Shown: positions 13,666 to 28,233, counted from the first letter of the whole stretch. The stretch: DNA of 63,307 nucleotides, filler included, from Basidiobolus ranarum (GCA_040143965.1; 10 parts of 10 records of this genome joined end to end with filler, not necessarily neighbours in it), one strand, 5' to 3'. Numbers and translations: made by a program. Notes: a model not told the origin generated them from the letters alone.

Positions 13666-15411
13666 ATTCCCACTTACTTGAAGCCTGGCATCAAACCCCT
13701 CCCATTTTTACTACTATTAATAATGGATTGAAATCATGTCCTACAATAGTTTCTGTAGTAACAAAACAAAATATTGACTAGCTGCTTTCTGGTAGGAACT
13801 GGAATATATGAGTCACAGTAACTCCCAAATATAGCTTTGCGGAAGGTGACAAAAAAGCCAGTAGTTGCTCTGGGATTAATGAGGATTAATAATTTAGTGT
13901 AGATGGAGAGCATAATATCAAACTTCTATTGAGCTGGCACAGTATCAATCACTCTGGCTTGTGTAAGAAATTTATCAAAGAATTTCAATTATTGTCATAA
14001 AATTCCCTACATTCTGTAAAATCAACTATCTGTTTTCATGTATTATCCTAATTATTTCAGTAATGTGTAATTGCATGGAAACTACACAATATATTGCATC
14101 AGTAAAGTTAATTACAGTTCAATCTGAATCAATTTGTTAGAAACACATACCAAAACAGCTGAATACAGAGCATTTTAATTCATGATATAAAAGATCTCTA
14201 ATCATGGTTGGAACCAATAGAGTCTAACATCATAGTTATGGTATCTACATATCATGTCAAAATAGATTCTTCCTGATTCACAACCTACTTTGATATAAGA
14301 AACTGCCACTTCCATAATTTTGTGTGCAGAGATGAATAAAGGTGCAGGTGGTTTGAAGCAGCACATGCCTGATGATTTTACAGATGCCCAGATATCCACT
14401 ATGAATTCTTGCTTGGAAATATGGGGGTTATTGATAAACTTTACAGAAACTGCAGAAGATGGCATTAGATAAAAGTGAAAGCAACTTTTGACTTTGTTTT
14501 GGAGAAAATTTTATATCTTCATGCCTTCAGAAGTCTGCAAGAAAGTATACAATAAGACTCATGAGAATTGAAAGCATGAATTGAGAAATAGCAATTTTGA
14601 TTTTGAGTCTGTAAAGTCATGATTCCAATTGTGTTTTTACCTGTATAGACTGGAAGCTACCATTGCAGCCCAAGCTTTAGAGACAAAACAGGTTCTAAAT
14701 GGATATGTACCACTAATCAATGAGACTTTGCAGCCACTGTTGATGGAGGTATCAGAGTTTGTAATAACATTTCAAGACACTATGGCAAGAGTAATCAATG
14801 AAGGTGCAAAGAGAAAAGTAAGACAACTTATTAAATTACTGATATTTTGGAAGGCATATTGGAGCAGAGATATACAGATCTCTGAATTAAAGAGACTCCA
14901 TGCAAGGTATCTGTTTCTTCAGAAGAGTCAACACACCTCACCACTAGAATTGAGATATCACTTTCAACAAGGGCAGGCACTCAACAAGTTTGTGCATGCA
15001 CTAATAGCACATATCAACAGCAATGCCAGCTGGGAAGAGTCTGTGATGCTTCTCCTGTTTTTGATGAAGAGCCAGCAGTCAAGGATGAACCACAAAGAGG
15101 ATGGCACACATTTTCACACATCATTGCATGCAACTGACCTGATCCAATCAAATCAACCCTGTAAACTCTTGGCATTGGGAGAAGAGTCAGGTCCAAGGAG
15201 GGTGCTACCAGACAGATAGACCGGTTTGATGTGGATTACCATGCAACAGCAACAAATGCCAACTGCAAGAATTATTGAACCTGCCACTTTGTTGGACCAT
15301 CATCTGACACCTGAGAGCAAACTACTCAGACAGCATTTTTTTACAACACTTACCCCCTCAAGACCAAGACAATGAGTGTTTGAGAGAGATAGTTAGGCTT
15401 TTACTGAGCTT

Positions 15412-15900
15412 GAAGAAGCCACAGCAGTCAAACACAAACCGCAAGTTAGCCCATATATTCCAATGCATTCCGCCTTGCAACAGAAATCATGGCCAGACAA
15501 AAGAGATGATGCTTTTACCATAGGTGAAGAGGCAAAAACCGCTGAAAACAAACCTTGAGGTAAACAACTTGCTCTAACACATACTGGAATGTAACCACAG
15601 CAGTGGCCAGCTAAAAGAGTTGAAACTTCTGCTGTGGTCAAAGAAGCAATAATAACTAAACACAAACCACAAGGTAGACCACTTGCTCCAACCTGTACTG
15701 CCATGCAACCATGGCCATGGTCAGTTAAAAGAGATACAGCTTCTGACATGATTCAAGAGGCAAGTACTACCAAACAAGAATCACAAGGCAGACAACTTGC
15801 TCCAACATGTTCCACCATGCAACCTTGGTTATGGCCAGTCAAAAGGGATGAAGCTTCTACCATGGTTGAAGAATCAACAACTGCCAAGCACAGAACTTAA
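15412..15900 (+). repeat. Tandem array of ~4.3 x 114 bp (38-codon) units within a decayed ORF
   Basis: The TGG(C/T)CAG..AAAAG anchor recurs at 15490, 15604, 15718 and 15832 (period 114); units translate as EEA...KHKPQGRP...WPxKRDxA. Confidence 0.88.
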
Positions 15901-16832
15901 GTGGGACATTCCATGTTGACTGTTTAACTGCATGCCAGCAGCAATTGCTGCTTAACCCATTAAGTTAAGGCTTAACCTCTGAAGAAGAAACTGTAGATAC
16001 ACACAAATCACAAACTTGACCAGACAAGCCAATGCATACCACAGCACATTGACCTCAACCCATAAGTCATGCTGACCAAGGTAGAGGAATGTCAGTAGGA
16101 TTGAACCAATCAACCCAGCACAGAGGTTCAAGTGAAGTTCTATCCACAGAAATATCAAGGAGACAACAAAAATAATGGAAGCAAATCAGCAAGCACTACT
16201 TGAAATCTGACCAACTACTGACTGCTCTTGTTAATACTGACATTATCCAACATTTACTTTTCACAGACTCAGGAGTAATTGTCATAGATTGCAGTCAAAT
16301 ATAGCATCAATCTCTTTAGTTAGATCACAAATGCTTACGTCTTTAAGAAATACTGATAGTGTGAAATTGTCATATATCAAAAAAATCAATGATTGTCCAT
16401 TAATACAAAAAAATTCACTTCATATAAATAAAAATGTTTGTCAATAAAAAGCTTGTGCAGCTCTTTTGGTTCACTATAGCGCAATCTACTTATATTCTCA
16501 CTCAATTAGATGCATACATGATTGAATGAATAATTTGCTGGTTTAAAAATGCTGAATCAAGCAATCCTGATAAATACTATCATGTTGCAGATCAATTCAT
16601 TATTGAGTGCTGTTATTTGTTGTTGTTGTGCCAAAACTATGGCTGTTTCATAAAACAGGAGCTATTGGACCTGATTGAAGATCAAGATATTGTGTGAGTG
16701 AGACACAAATGATTGGCTTAAAAATATGTAAATGTCTTGGTTATACATCTGATTGTGTAAATTACAGTATAAATTGTTTATTGTTGTACATTCAATAATT
16801 TGTAAGTAACAAACTAAAGGATGAACTTGGAT

Positions 16833-17075
16833 TGTTGGTAACCCAATATTTTAATGTAGCAATACTAGATTGGGTACCTTGGTACAAGCCAGCATAATAT
16901 CTCCAATATAATCATTGTGTCCAATCAAGAGTTATAAGACCTAGCCATGGTTATTAACAGATTGCTCCAGATAGTGTGTTAGCAGGCTGGATAGATTGGC
17001 ACAATCTGACCTGGTCAAATGGAACAAGTCTAATGTATTGAGACTTAACCAAGGTTTTGACTGCGTTGCCTAACA
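16833..17075. mobile_element. Probable solo LTR (separate family)
   Basis: TGTTGGTAAC...GTTGCCTAACA imperfect inverted termini, flanked by TGGAT / TTGAT (4 of 5 match as a TSD). Confidence 0.45.
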
Positions 17076-17116
17076 TTGATTGAGGCCCACAAAATGATTC
17101 TCCTCTATAATTTCCT

Positions 17117-18958
17117 TGATAAAAGTGTTTAGGGAATTTGCAAGTGTTTTAGACAAGGTTTGGATTTGTGAATTAGACACTTAATTTTTATTGCATTGAA
17201 TATTTCCTATGTATAGTATACTATTAAGTAGGATTATTTGTGGTGCTTAGATCATAATAAACATGCCTGTTAAGCATGGGTGAAAATTTGAGCTGATTTG
17301 GAGAGGTTTCGAGAAAATAGTGAAAATTGGTAAAAGTGATCTAATTGATAATTCTATCAAGTTGAGCAATGAACATGCATTTTTCAATGACACAATTGAG
17401 TGCTAAATAATCAGAATTGTTTGTTGTTTCTTACTATTTGGAGTAATAGGTCCATTACCATTGAGAGAAGTGCACCCAGTTGTTGATCTTTGATCATCAA
17501 TGTTTCTTCCCCAGTCTGGATCACTGTAGCTTTCAAAGCTTTATGCATCAGGAGTAGCAGAGTATTCCAGAACTAGATCTCCACTTCATCTCAAATACCT
17601 GAATATTTGTTTTACTGCAGCTGTGAGCTCAGATCCTGGATTTTTGAAAAGTGGCTGAAAGTTCTCACTGGTACAGCAATGTGTGGATGTGTTCAAACCA
17701 TTGTATACATTAAACTGCCCACCATGGATTGATAAGGGAACTCCTGGCTTTGATTTGAGTCATTTGAGCCAAATCTGTTGAGATCTTGATTTATTTCACA
17801 TTGAGATACATTGTTGGTGATTCAGGCTTGCTATTCTTCATGTTGAAGTGTTTTAGGATATCTACAATGTATCTAGACTGATTGAGCATGATATTCTGAT
17901 TAGGTCTATCTCTCTTGATACGGATTGCAGGAAATAACTCAATTCATCCATATCTGTCATCTGAAATGGGTTTGAAAAGATTGTTTTACAGCTAATTAAG
18001 TGCTTCTAGATCATTTGTGGCTGTGATCAAGTCATCCACAAATAGTGCCAAGATAAGGATCCTATTTCCAATTATTTTGATATAATGCTGTGATCAGCTG
18101 TGCATTTTTCAAATTGTAGTGATTCCAAATAGGTGTCCATCTTGTTGTACCATGCCCTGGGAGCTTGCTTGAGTTGATAAAGGAAATTTTGCATTTTACT
18201 GACCATGTCAAGGTGTTTTGGGTCATCAAATCTATCTGGTTGCTCCATATGGATCTCTGATAGATATCTATTCAAAAACCCTGTTTTTACATCCATTTGA
18301 TATAAATCAAGGTTATGTATGGCTGTGAGTGCCGGGATTGATCTAATAGAGCTAAACTTAGCTGCTGGAGCCAAAGTTTCATTAAAATCAACTCCTATGG
18401 TCTTGGAATAATCTTTTGCAACCAATCTTGCTTTGTACCTTTGCATGCTTCCATCAGCTCAGTTTTTGACTTTGTAGACCCATTTGCAACCTATTGGCTT
18501 TCTCCCTGATGGTAGAGGACTTAAAACCCATGTTTTATTGTCCTGAAGTGAAGAAAACTCAGCAGAAAATATTTTTTCCATAATTTTGATTTGGACACCC
18601 CAGAGCCTGATCTAGGGTCTGTGGCTTGTCAGAGAATGCTGCATAAGCGTATACATTGTTGTTGAAAGTGTTCTGCTCATTTCCCAGCCAATTTCTCCAT
18701 CTAGATGATTTTCTGGGAGCTGAATCATCTTCTAATGTAATTAGGATGTAAATTTCAGTGTGATTAGGCTCAGGTACATATGGAATTTTGTAATACTCTT
18801 CCTTAATAGTGCTAATTGTGTTTTCTAGATCAAAAACTGGGTTTTGGGGAGAAATATTTACTTTTTCATCACAAATTGCATCTCTGCACTAAACTAACTT
18901 CTAATATATGGTATCAGACAGTATGTGGGCCTTAGATTCATCACAGTAACCAAGAAAT
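17117..18958 (-). mobile_element. Decayed Ty1/Copia element (RT/RNase H remnant plus partial LTR family B)
   Basis: RYKARLVAKDYSKTIGVDFNETLAP...QMDVKTGFLN...LYQLKQAPRAW (RVT_2 type); LTR end TGATAAAAGTGTTT at 17117. Confidence 0.9.
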
Positions 18959-20724
18959 NNNNNNNNNNNNNNNNNNNNNNNNNNNNNNNNNNNNNNNNNN
19001 NNTTAATTAATTAANNNNNNNNNNNNNNNNNNNNNNNNNNNNNNNNNNNNNNNNNNNNCATCAACTTCGGTAAACTGAATTTGATATAGAATCACTCAAC
19101 ACTTAATACTCAACACTCAACTGATATATTTTTCTTTGAAGATCTCTTGATTTGAAGAAACTCACTTATTTAGAGTTGAAGCAATTCAGTCACGATTATA
19201 ATAAGGCTAAAAATCAATTACTGCTACAAAGATTCCAAGAGTGGGTCCAGACACCTCCAGAGCATGAACAATTTGTTGCTTAGTTACTTCGAGACGGTTG
19301 CTAAAACTTCGGATAATAAAGAATATACAGCAAGACATCAGTATTTGAACTGGTATCAAAGTGGTACATACTAGTTGTGAGCCGGTATACCGTGTGATGA
19401 GCATACCATTCTTACGTATGGCTGGTCTTTTGGGACCAGAATGTAGGCTAATTTGGAACCATTATTCCAAACCATTTTCAATATCGTCATTGTTGTATGA
19501 GGACAAAACTCGATGACATAATCTAGATCCGGTGAGTTCTTGATCCCCACATCGTGAATCACAATTGCAGGGGAGAGGAGGGAAAGGTCGTCAAATACCG
19601 TCGAAGCGTCAAGGGTCAGGCTCCATATCTTGACATATAGTTGCAAGTGTTATTCAACTCCACATGAATTTACTAACGTGGAGAGAGTTTGGAGAGGAAT
19701 TTTTACCACTTCAAACACTAAGGAGTCATGCAGAAAATGTAGAACCCCGCTGACTGGTCTTCGTAATTAAACCTTGTCTCTGAATGCACCTCCACCATGT
19801 CGGACCACTTATCTGACAAACATAAATTATGATCTGGCAAATTTAGGCCTGCAGATGCAATTTGGTCAAGTTGCTATCCGCTAAAGCCAGCCTAAAGTGG
19901 TAGATAAAAAGTATATTATGAGCAGTGGTGTTGGGATCAACGCTTTTGATGCTAATCACAGACCTTTTGTTAGTTTCAAGACCAGGTTTATGCATGATCG
20001 GTCCCTTGTATCTTGCACATTGCAATTGGATCCATCTGCACCTATATTACGGTGGCCTTTATTGAACAGAACAGACAACAAGAGGCGAGGAAATGCAGAG
20101 CCTCCGTACACTAATATGAAGTCTGTGCTTTTCAATAACAAGACTCCTTCACGGTTCTCCACTTTTTTCTATATCGGATGGTTGAATATATCGGATGGTT
20201 GAATATGAGAAGGAATTAAGTTGGGATATGGAAATGAATTAACACAATGTAACCTGCCTAAATAGTCTCATTGTGTTGCAGATGACAAATTCAATTAATC
20301 CATAATAATCTGACTCTCTGTTGTTGCTGTCTTGCTATTGCCTCAATTAATCTATATCCATCTGATTCTGCTTCCTCGTCCCCACATTCAATATTTATGC
20401 GCATCTCATATGATTCTTCAGTGGCCCCTTCCCCTTCAGTGACCCAGACTGTCAATCTATTTACCTTATCGCTTGCACGAAATAGTCCGAAATATTCCAT
20501 TTCCCCTTAAATATTTTCTCGACCTTTATTTGGGCATCTTACGTGTGCACAGAGGGAAGGTGGGTGTCAAGTAGAGTGAGTGAAGCGTCAAGAGGGGAGG
20601 GGAGAGGAGAGGAAAGAGTGTATGTATTGTATGTTTGTTTTTACATTATTAAAAGAAAACATTCAAGGAGTCACGTGGATCAAAGTAACTTAACATTATT
20701 AATGTACAGGGAATGAATGCAAAA

Positions 20725-21725
20725 TTAGTTTAAAATATTATGAATACGTAGTACAGAGGTGTCTTCAAAGCCTGATTTGCTACTAGAAACTTCAGATTCG
20801 GCTCTATGCACGCTAGGCTGGTGAAGATATTCGCACTGCGAATAAGATTGAACAGATACAGGAATAGTGCTTGATCCGTAAGGATAAGGTGAAACTGCAC
20901 TTCTTCGACGATACCTTTCTTCCTCTATGGATTGCTGGCTACGGAGCAAGTACTCATCTAAAGAACGCTTGCGATAGGTAGATTCATAGTTGCACTGATT
21001 GGTCATATAGGTGACATTTGGAAGTGATTGTTCGGAATAAAGAGGTCCACTCGGCCCCGAGTAACGGAACGTACTGTGATCATGGTGGACAGCTGGCAAG
21101 GCATCGTAGTTGCTGCTTTCACTTGGTTTGCGTCTAACCATGGTTCCCTTGGGGAATTCGCCATTTTCAAAGGAGGACATGAATTCAGGATCCACTGTCC
21201 AATAACCCCCCTTTCCCTTACTGATGTGAGGGACATCACTTTCTGCTCGGGGGATTTTCTTAAAGCATTTGTTTAAGGATAGATTGTGACGAATAGTATT
21301 CTAATAGAAATGAATTTAGTAACCATTCCAAAATCAATTCCGTTATTAAATCAGTTGATAATTACCTGCCATCCAGTGTCACCTGCCTTATACATAGCTG
21401 GGTAACGTTCCATGATCCATTGATAGATTTCTCGCAATGTCAGTCGCTGCTCCGGTGCAGATAGAATAGCTTGGGCAATTAAAGAAGAATAGGAGAATGG
21501 GGGTCTTCTGCGTTTTCTGGGCATTTTCTTGCCAGAGTCAGGAGATACGGAGACAAAGTTCTCGGCAACATTATGTGAGCCATTCACACTAGCTTGGAAG
21601 TTTTGGTATGGGTTCATAGGGTTACCAACGCCAGTTGTATAGCTACTATAGACTCGCTGAGACGAGGTAGAATATGGAAACTGGTGACTATTTGAGAGTT
21701 GTGAAAGAGGCGCAAGAGTAGTCAT
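20725..21725 (-). CDS. Forkhead-box transcription factor, 2 exons
   Basis: Exons 21725-21366 and 21300-20725. The spliced domain reads [39 protein letters not shown]...[21 protein letters not shown]...[10 protein letters not shown]. Confidence 0.96.
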
Positions 21726-24288
21726 TCAATACAGAGGAGCAAGCCCACTTAGTAAATAGGAAGAAGTATAAAATGCCAATAAAATTGGATCTTTAAGGAA
21801 GACAGTTGAGAAGCAAATGCGCTTGTGACTGGAAGGGTATATAAGAGAATCAACAATTCAGATGTACAGAAGTTTCTAAGTGAGAAGAGGCAATATTGGA
21901 GTAAGAAATAGGCTGCAGATGATTCATTATATACTGCTTTCCTGGAACACGGGTCAAAATCTCCGAAAATCTAGCAAACATTTATGTGGATCTCTTTAGT
22001 GGATCTCTTCTCTAATTTCTTGTCGCACAGTCCTGCTTTTACTCTTTTTATCGTTAGTTTTCTAAGAATTTCCTTTTGGTTGGCCCAAGATGATATCACC
22101 CTAAACAAAACTACCCTAAATTCAATTGCCCTAAATATCACTCTAGATGTCGCCCAAAACGCTAGACTCCAATCATGATAAAGATATTTGCAGCATAGAT
22201 TAGAGCACTACAGTGGGCGCGATCTTGATCAAGATGTCTCTCCTTTGTTGACCGTCACCCTCTTCGTCATCAATATGGCAACCTTGTATACGTTCGGGAA
22301 TTTAACCGTTTTTAACTTATCCTGATGACAGAAAGATTAACTAACAGCTTAACTACATCATGATTGAGTCATTTTCACCGCGCATTTCCTGGTTCCCATC
22401 AGTCTAGCTTGCAAGTGAAATCAGGGCTAGAGCCAGGATTTACAAAAGCCCTCTATCACTTCCTTTAGGGTTAGGGTTATACCAAAACGTCTAACACATT
22501 CAGCCATATTAAACTGGCACAATACCACATTGAACAGCTCAAAAATCTTCCTTATAAGGGAACTTCATAGTATGTATGACGATGCTCCACAGCTTTAACT
22601 TCGTTCTACCATGAAATGTGATAATTCAATGCTATACACTGCAGTTACTAAGTGAATAGACAAAGATGGTTATAAAGTAGGAGCTACGAAAAACCGTTGG
22701 TTCCAGTTCTAAATCCAACTCGTGTCCATCGGAGAGATTGGACAGCTATATCAGACACAACCATACGCAAGTCTTTTTTGGCACAAATGATTTCTTTATA
22801 TGGTAGATGTTTATATAATCTGCTTATCTAGGCAGTCTATAGCTTATTTCTTTTTGGCTACTTCGGAAAGATATATTTCGTTTGGCCAATCCATCGAAGA
22901 TGTCGTGATCGCAGCCTACAAATAGCTTTCGTGTCACGACGATTTCCCGACTTCCATCTTTCGAATGTACGAATGGTGTTCATCATGAATGTACGAATGA
23001 TGGTCATGTTAATAGTACAAGCAAGGTCATCTTATTTGTTGGAAGAACTAGTAAAGTCACCTTATTTGTTGAATCATTTGTATCACACTTCTGGTATTTG
23101 CTGGCCATTTGCTGGGCCCATTCGTCCCATTTTGGTGAGTTCCCTCGATCTCAGTCATATTTCCCCATCGTCCTTAGTGCCATATACCATTTACTCATTC
23201 TTTATTCACCCATGTTTGTCCTTATCCGCCCATCCTCTCACTTGTCGCTCTTCATTAAATCCCATGCATAGAATGTGTAACCTGGAGTGCCATCCCAGTT
23301 GCATCACGTTGTGTACTACCAGACACTTTGGATTCGCCATTCCCATCTAACAAGTAATTGGTCCGGAGAATATCTGTCCATCCATTTAACCTTTCGACTT
23401 GCCAGTATGGTGTATTTACTATAATGTAGCCTAACATAACATAATGTAGCCCAACATACCCTCTTCACATCAATCAGGAAATAAACTTAATCCCATAAAC
23501 TTTTCCAAATCTGCAGTTTATCATGATTATCTTGAGGACCAAACTAGATTGGATCCCCTTGAACTTTAGATTTTGATTGAGCAAGTATGGATTTGTTTGC
23601 ACTAAGCTTGAATTGGGTTGAAACAAAGCGTAAATCCTGGTTTGGAAAATGTGGTATCTGGAAATAGGATGTTCGGAAAAATAAAGTATCTGGAAACATG
23701 ATATGACTGCGAACGTGAACAGATAAGGATATAGAGATGAGATTATTTCATCAAGATTATGAGTTGAATTAGGTGAATGTCCACATTTATATATATATAT
23801 CGATATATACATTTATACTGACCCCAAGTAGAGGCTAACCCTAAGATACCTGCCGGAAATCACTAACAGACAATGATACTCGATATGAGCCCTACTGATT
23901 ATGAGCCAAGGTTCGAGACCTAACACCAAGTAAGTTAGTAAGTAAGACGAAAGAAGGAAAGTAGGTCAGTATGGGAAAGACGAAAAAGTCTAATCAGCAC
24001 TTACTAGCATCTTCGTTAGCGGTGAGGTGTAGCTCGAGACGTAATGGTTTATTTGTAAGCAGTGTAATATTCCCACCTACCGTTACACCATATGAAGTAT
24101 TATTCGTTTATGGCTATTTTTAATCTATTGGGTTGCTCTCGGTTACTAATTCCTTAATATGCCGTTGCCAAGATGTTTATTTTCCATGGGTGTGTTACGA
24201 GGGCATTTATTGTTTCTTTTCCATGGATGTGTTACGAAGCCATTTAGAGCTCATGGTTTTGCTCTCACAATACTTGGGCCAAACAGAC

Positions 24289-24365
24289 TAGCTATTGAGT
24301 GAAAGAGTACAAGGTTAGTTATTGAGCGAAAGAGTACAAGGTTAGCTATTGAGTGAAAGAGTACA
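24289..24365 (+). repeat. Minisatellite, ~3 x 27 bp (TAGCTATTGAGTGAAAGAGTACAAGGT)
   Basis: Units at 24289, 24316 and 24343 (partial), with no spacers. Confidence 0.9.
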
Positions 24366-27300
24366 GAAGTTAAATCAGTGACTGAGGCTGGTACTAGTGT
24401 ACACATGAAAGGTCGTAGTGGAATGGAATGATGTTTGTAAAATCATCATTGAATATGTTCTTCAGACACTGTTCCGGTTGCGCCCAGTGGGGCTGAGAAA
24501 TCAAGATGGCTCCGTAAAATGGCAAGTCGATGCAATCGGAGAATTCATATCTCTTGAAATATGCTACACCAAACCATCATATTTGTGAATATCTCTTAGC
24601 CAACTGTAGTCGCAAGATGCCTCCAATACCAAATACATGCAACCCTTTATCTCCAATCCCAAATAGCTAACCCTATTCACCGTTAGCCAATTTCAATGCT
24701 ATTGGCTTGGAACTAGTGCTATATTTACCAAATATGAATTCTGACCAGAAGGATTAAGCTTCACCCTGGCTGATTAAAATGATGGTTGCAGTTAACACCT
24801 GTACTTGGTTGCAGAAACATGACTTTATCTGATTATGTTAACTGACCACTAAAAAGATATCTTTCAAACTCATATGAATATTAATCCCCTTGCAATTTCT
24901 TTTATATTTCGCCAAGAAGCACAATAATTCCGGGATTTTTTGCTACCATTTCGAGATGTAATTTCTGCTATTCTTGACTTGTATCATTGTATTGTAATCC
25001 TCACTTTCAAAGTAATGAGTACCCTACCATAGGTCATGTTGTAGGAGCTATCAGCTGTGATATGGATATCTTCCAGTATTCATTTGATTCAATGGTATCA
25101 TGAAACTTACAAATGTGTATATAAAGTCTCATTTAGTACTGATACCTGTGTTGCTGCCAGAATCACAGCCAGCATATAGGGAAAAGTATAAAATACCATA
25201 GAGGGTAGCTTATTATCTCATAGGCTGTTTAGAAAGCAGAATTTATTTTGTTACTTTAAAGTACAACTAAGGTGCAACCTCAAGAAATTAACTTGTAACA
25301 AATNNNNNNNNNNNNNNNNNNNNNNNNNNNNNNNNNNNNNNNNNNNNTTAATTAATTAANNNNNNNNNNNNNNNNNNNNNNNNNNNNNNNNNNNNNNNNN
25401 NNNCGATCATTGTTCCTCAATGAAAAGATTTTTTTTTCGCAATCATGATTATACAGCTATACTTTGGTGACCACTGCCACATCGTTATGCTCAAGGCTCA
25501 AATGGCTTATCCAAAAATGACTCTTAATTACATTCACATTGCTGAATGGTGTAACTATGTAGCTATTTGTTTAAGCTGTAGAACTTAAAAGTGCAAAACG
25601 TGGTGTATTCTATCAGGCTACTAGGTTATGTTGGGCTTTCCTTTTGGAACCATATAGTTAAAGTCATTATTTGACATGACTAGTAAACCAAGTTAAATTG
25701 TTCTTTTGTGACTACTGAAATCATATTTAGGATGGCTGCTAAATGATTAATCTAACCCTCGTAGTTGGAATATTTGTTTTCTCTATCAGGCCGAGGTAAT
25801 AAGATTGCTTAGATAACTTTTGAGGCTCTGAGGTTCGAAAGCCTCACAGATACCTCTAGAACCATTGTAATGTAATCTCGCTTCTGCTTTTCGATTTCTT
25901 TGGGAACTAAGTTTGTTAGTGTGGTACACCATACCAGGTCATCTGAAACGACATTGAGTCAAGTCGGCCTGAGTCTGGCGTAACTTGGATTAGCGGGAAT
26001 TGAAGAGACTACTTCTTTCAATTTGAGGAAAAACCCTGCCGAAAGTGGATGGGAGTGTGAGAATGAGAGTGCGAGTCTGGTTTTGTGATAATTAGTATGT
26101 TTTGGGGAATATGACTTAGGTCTAAGTAGATTAACCTATGCGGAGTTCAGTCAAATCTTAAACATGTTGTGATAAATAATAGTAAGTTCACCAGGATTGT
26201 GGCCAAAGCCATTCAAGTGTTACAATGTTTCTCAGAACCTTCGAATTCAAATTCTCAATAATATTGATGATTAAGCAATTATCAGAGGAGAGGATCGGAG
26301 AATTCAAGACTCAAGTAGTTCATTGGATGGCGATATATTTTCCCGGGATCGCACGCACATGTTAGGAGTGGGATCTTAAAGGCAATGGCCAGCACATCCT
26401 TTGCCAGTGGAGCTATAGCCTATCATGAGCAAAATTTGTCCCAAGACTCAATATCCCCCAAGTTATATCCAGAACCTATTTGCCATAGATTTAACCAGAT
26501 AAGGAATAGGTGATAACAGACTTGTAACTAATACGGGATAGTGGCTAATATAACATGACTGCGAGATACATTATACATCATTTAAACAATACCTCCTAGA
26601 TCTTTGGTAGAGCAGCTTGGGCTGGATAGTAAAGAACATCCCAATTGTATTCGGTCACTTGGATCCCAGGATGAATGTGACCTGGTAATTTCTAAAAAAG
26701 GGCCTAGATAATATTGACTGCCTAAAGCGGGAGAGGGAGGAATAGAATGGCACAATTGTATCAGAGGAACAATGTAGCTTGAATCATCCTAATCTATCGC
26801 AACATCTCTACTCAGCTCAAAAGCACGGATAGCAGCGAAGTTGCGACATATTGGAGGAGTCTCTCATCAGTAATGGTAACTTCAGGGAACTGGCCCCTCC
26901 CTTCGTTTCTTTGCTTGTGATAACGACGGTTTGCCCGACACGCAAGCCTGATTCTGAGATAATCTAGTAACAATCAGGGTTTGTAATAGGGGCTTTTACT
27001 GCTCAGAGGTTATATAGAGGCAGTGAAGTAGGACCATGTCTTTGGGAGAACAAGTGAATAAAGGTGGGGTACACCAGAAATGGGGCTGCTGTACATGCAA
27101 CATTTTGCCACCGATTCTGATCGGCTCATTTAGAACTATATCAAGTCCTTACGAAAACGGCGCGTAGTTCCACAAGCATGGTGAACCATCTTGGGGTGGA
27201 TTTCTCTTTTTATCAAGATATCGTTCTTACTCTATGATAATGGAGGATCATTTAATTTCCTAGGTTTAGAATTCCCTCATCTTCAGAATCATGCAGTAGT

Positions 27301-27726
27301 TAGACATCTGGAGTTCGGATTGATTAGTTCGGTGGAATCTGATCAGGAACCTACCTATTTTATTGGTTACTCGATATCACAATGGGGGAGAATATATGAA
27401 AGTGTTGTACTTGTTGGGAAAAGCTCTGACAGCGAGTGGTAATATTCAGGGTGTATTGTGTTCCTGAATAGTCGTATATCTTTTATAAATAGGCCAAGGT
27501 TGGCAGTATAGCAACACCCGCTCATCAGCTTCGACATTTCGTGGTGTTTTTCGAGTATAACCTCTTCTTCCGTCTTTTGACTTGTCTACGCATTCCGTCC
27601 AAGTGCGAAAACGCTCCCATCACTCTAATTACGCGCTATATCTTACACTCATCGAGAGGCATATAAAATCCATCTTCGCGTTTGGGATTGTAGGATTTTC
27701 TTTAAAATAACTGAGGCGACATACAC

Positions 27727-28233
27727 ATGATGATGAGTCGTTTGGTACGCAAGTGCTCGGTGACTGCTGGTGAATTGTGGGTTCCAGATATGACTAATTG
27801 TACACTGGAGAACCATGCAATCACGAACGAAACGGCAATGGCAAAAATGAGCCTTCATAGAGTCAGATCCCCACTGAGTGGATCTTTCAGCGTAGATTAT
27901 CTATGCAAATATATCGCGACCCCATCCCCCAAAATCGATATTACATCAATGAGCTCCAATGCCGCAGCGCCACTCGATTGCGACTTCCCGAGCCAAGACT
28001 TAGAGGAAATGAGCAACTCTTCGCTGTCTACTAACCAAGATAGTATATCTCCCGGTATTCTCGGTTTATCTGAGCAAGAAGAGCCTGATATGGATTCTGT
28101 GTACGTATCATTCCCGCCTGTTGATGATGTATCAGCATCTGGTGAGAGCTGTAATCAAGTAAACTCACATTCAACGCGAACCATATTGGGATCCATCTCT
28201 AATTCTATTCGGAAGCGAGCTGCTAGTGTCTAG
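27727..28233 (+). CDS. Hypothetical Ser-rich, probably disordered protein (168 aa)
   Basis: Intact ATG-TAG ORF in CpG-retaining DNA with TATAAAT at ~27485; no domain recognised. Confidence 0.6.
   Translation: MMMSRLVRKCSVTAGELWVPDMTNCTLENHAITNETAMAKMSLHRVRSPLSGSFSVDYLCKYIATPSPKIDITSMSSNAAAPLDCDFPSQDLEEMSNSSLSTNQDSISPGILGLSEQEEPDMDSVYVSFPPVDDVSASGESCNQVNSHSTRTILGSISNSIRKRAASV

Noticed and set aside
15412-15900. Kex2-processed repeat peptide precursor (KR-D/E-A in each unit)
   Set aside because: No signal peptide, in-frame stops and a CpG-decayed TE context; the Trp/Gln/Cys residues are better explained as decayed Arg codons.
19207-20500. Short ORFs downstream of the forkhead gene
   Set aside because: They are short, overlap on both strands, and show no domain or splice support.
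22465-22479. TTAGGG repeats as a telomere
   Set aside because: Only 2.5 units, internal to the contig.
24289-24365. 27-bp repeats as a CRISPR array
   Set aside because: There are no spacers and no cas genes, and the context is eukaryotic.
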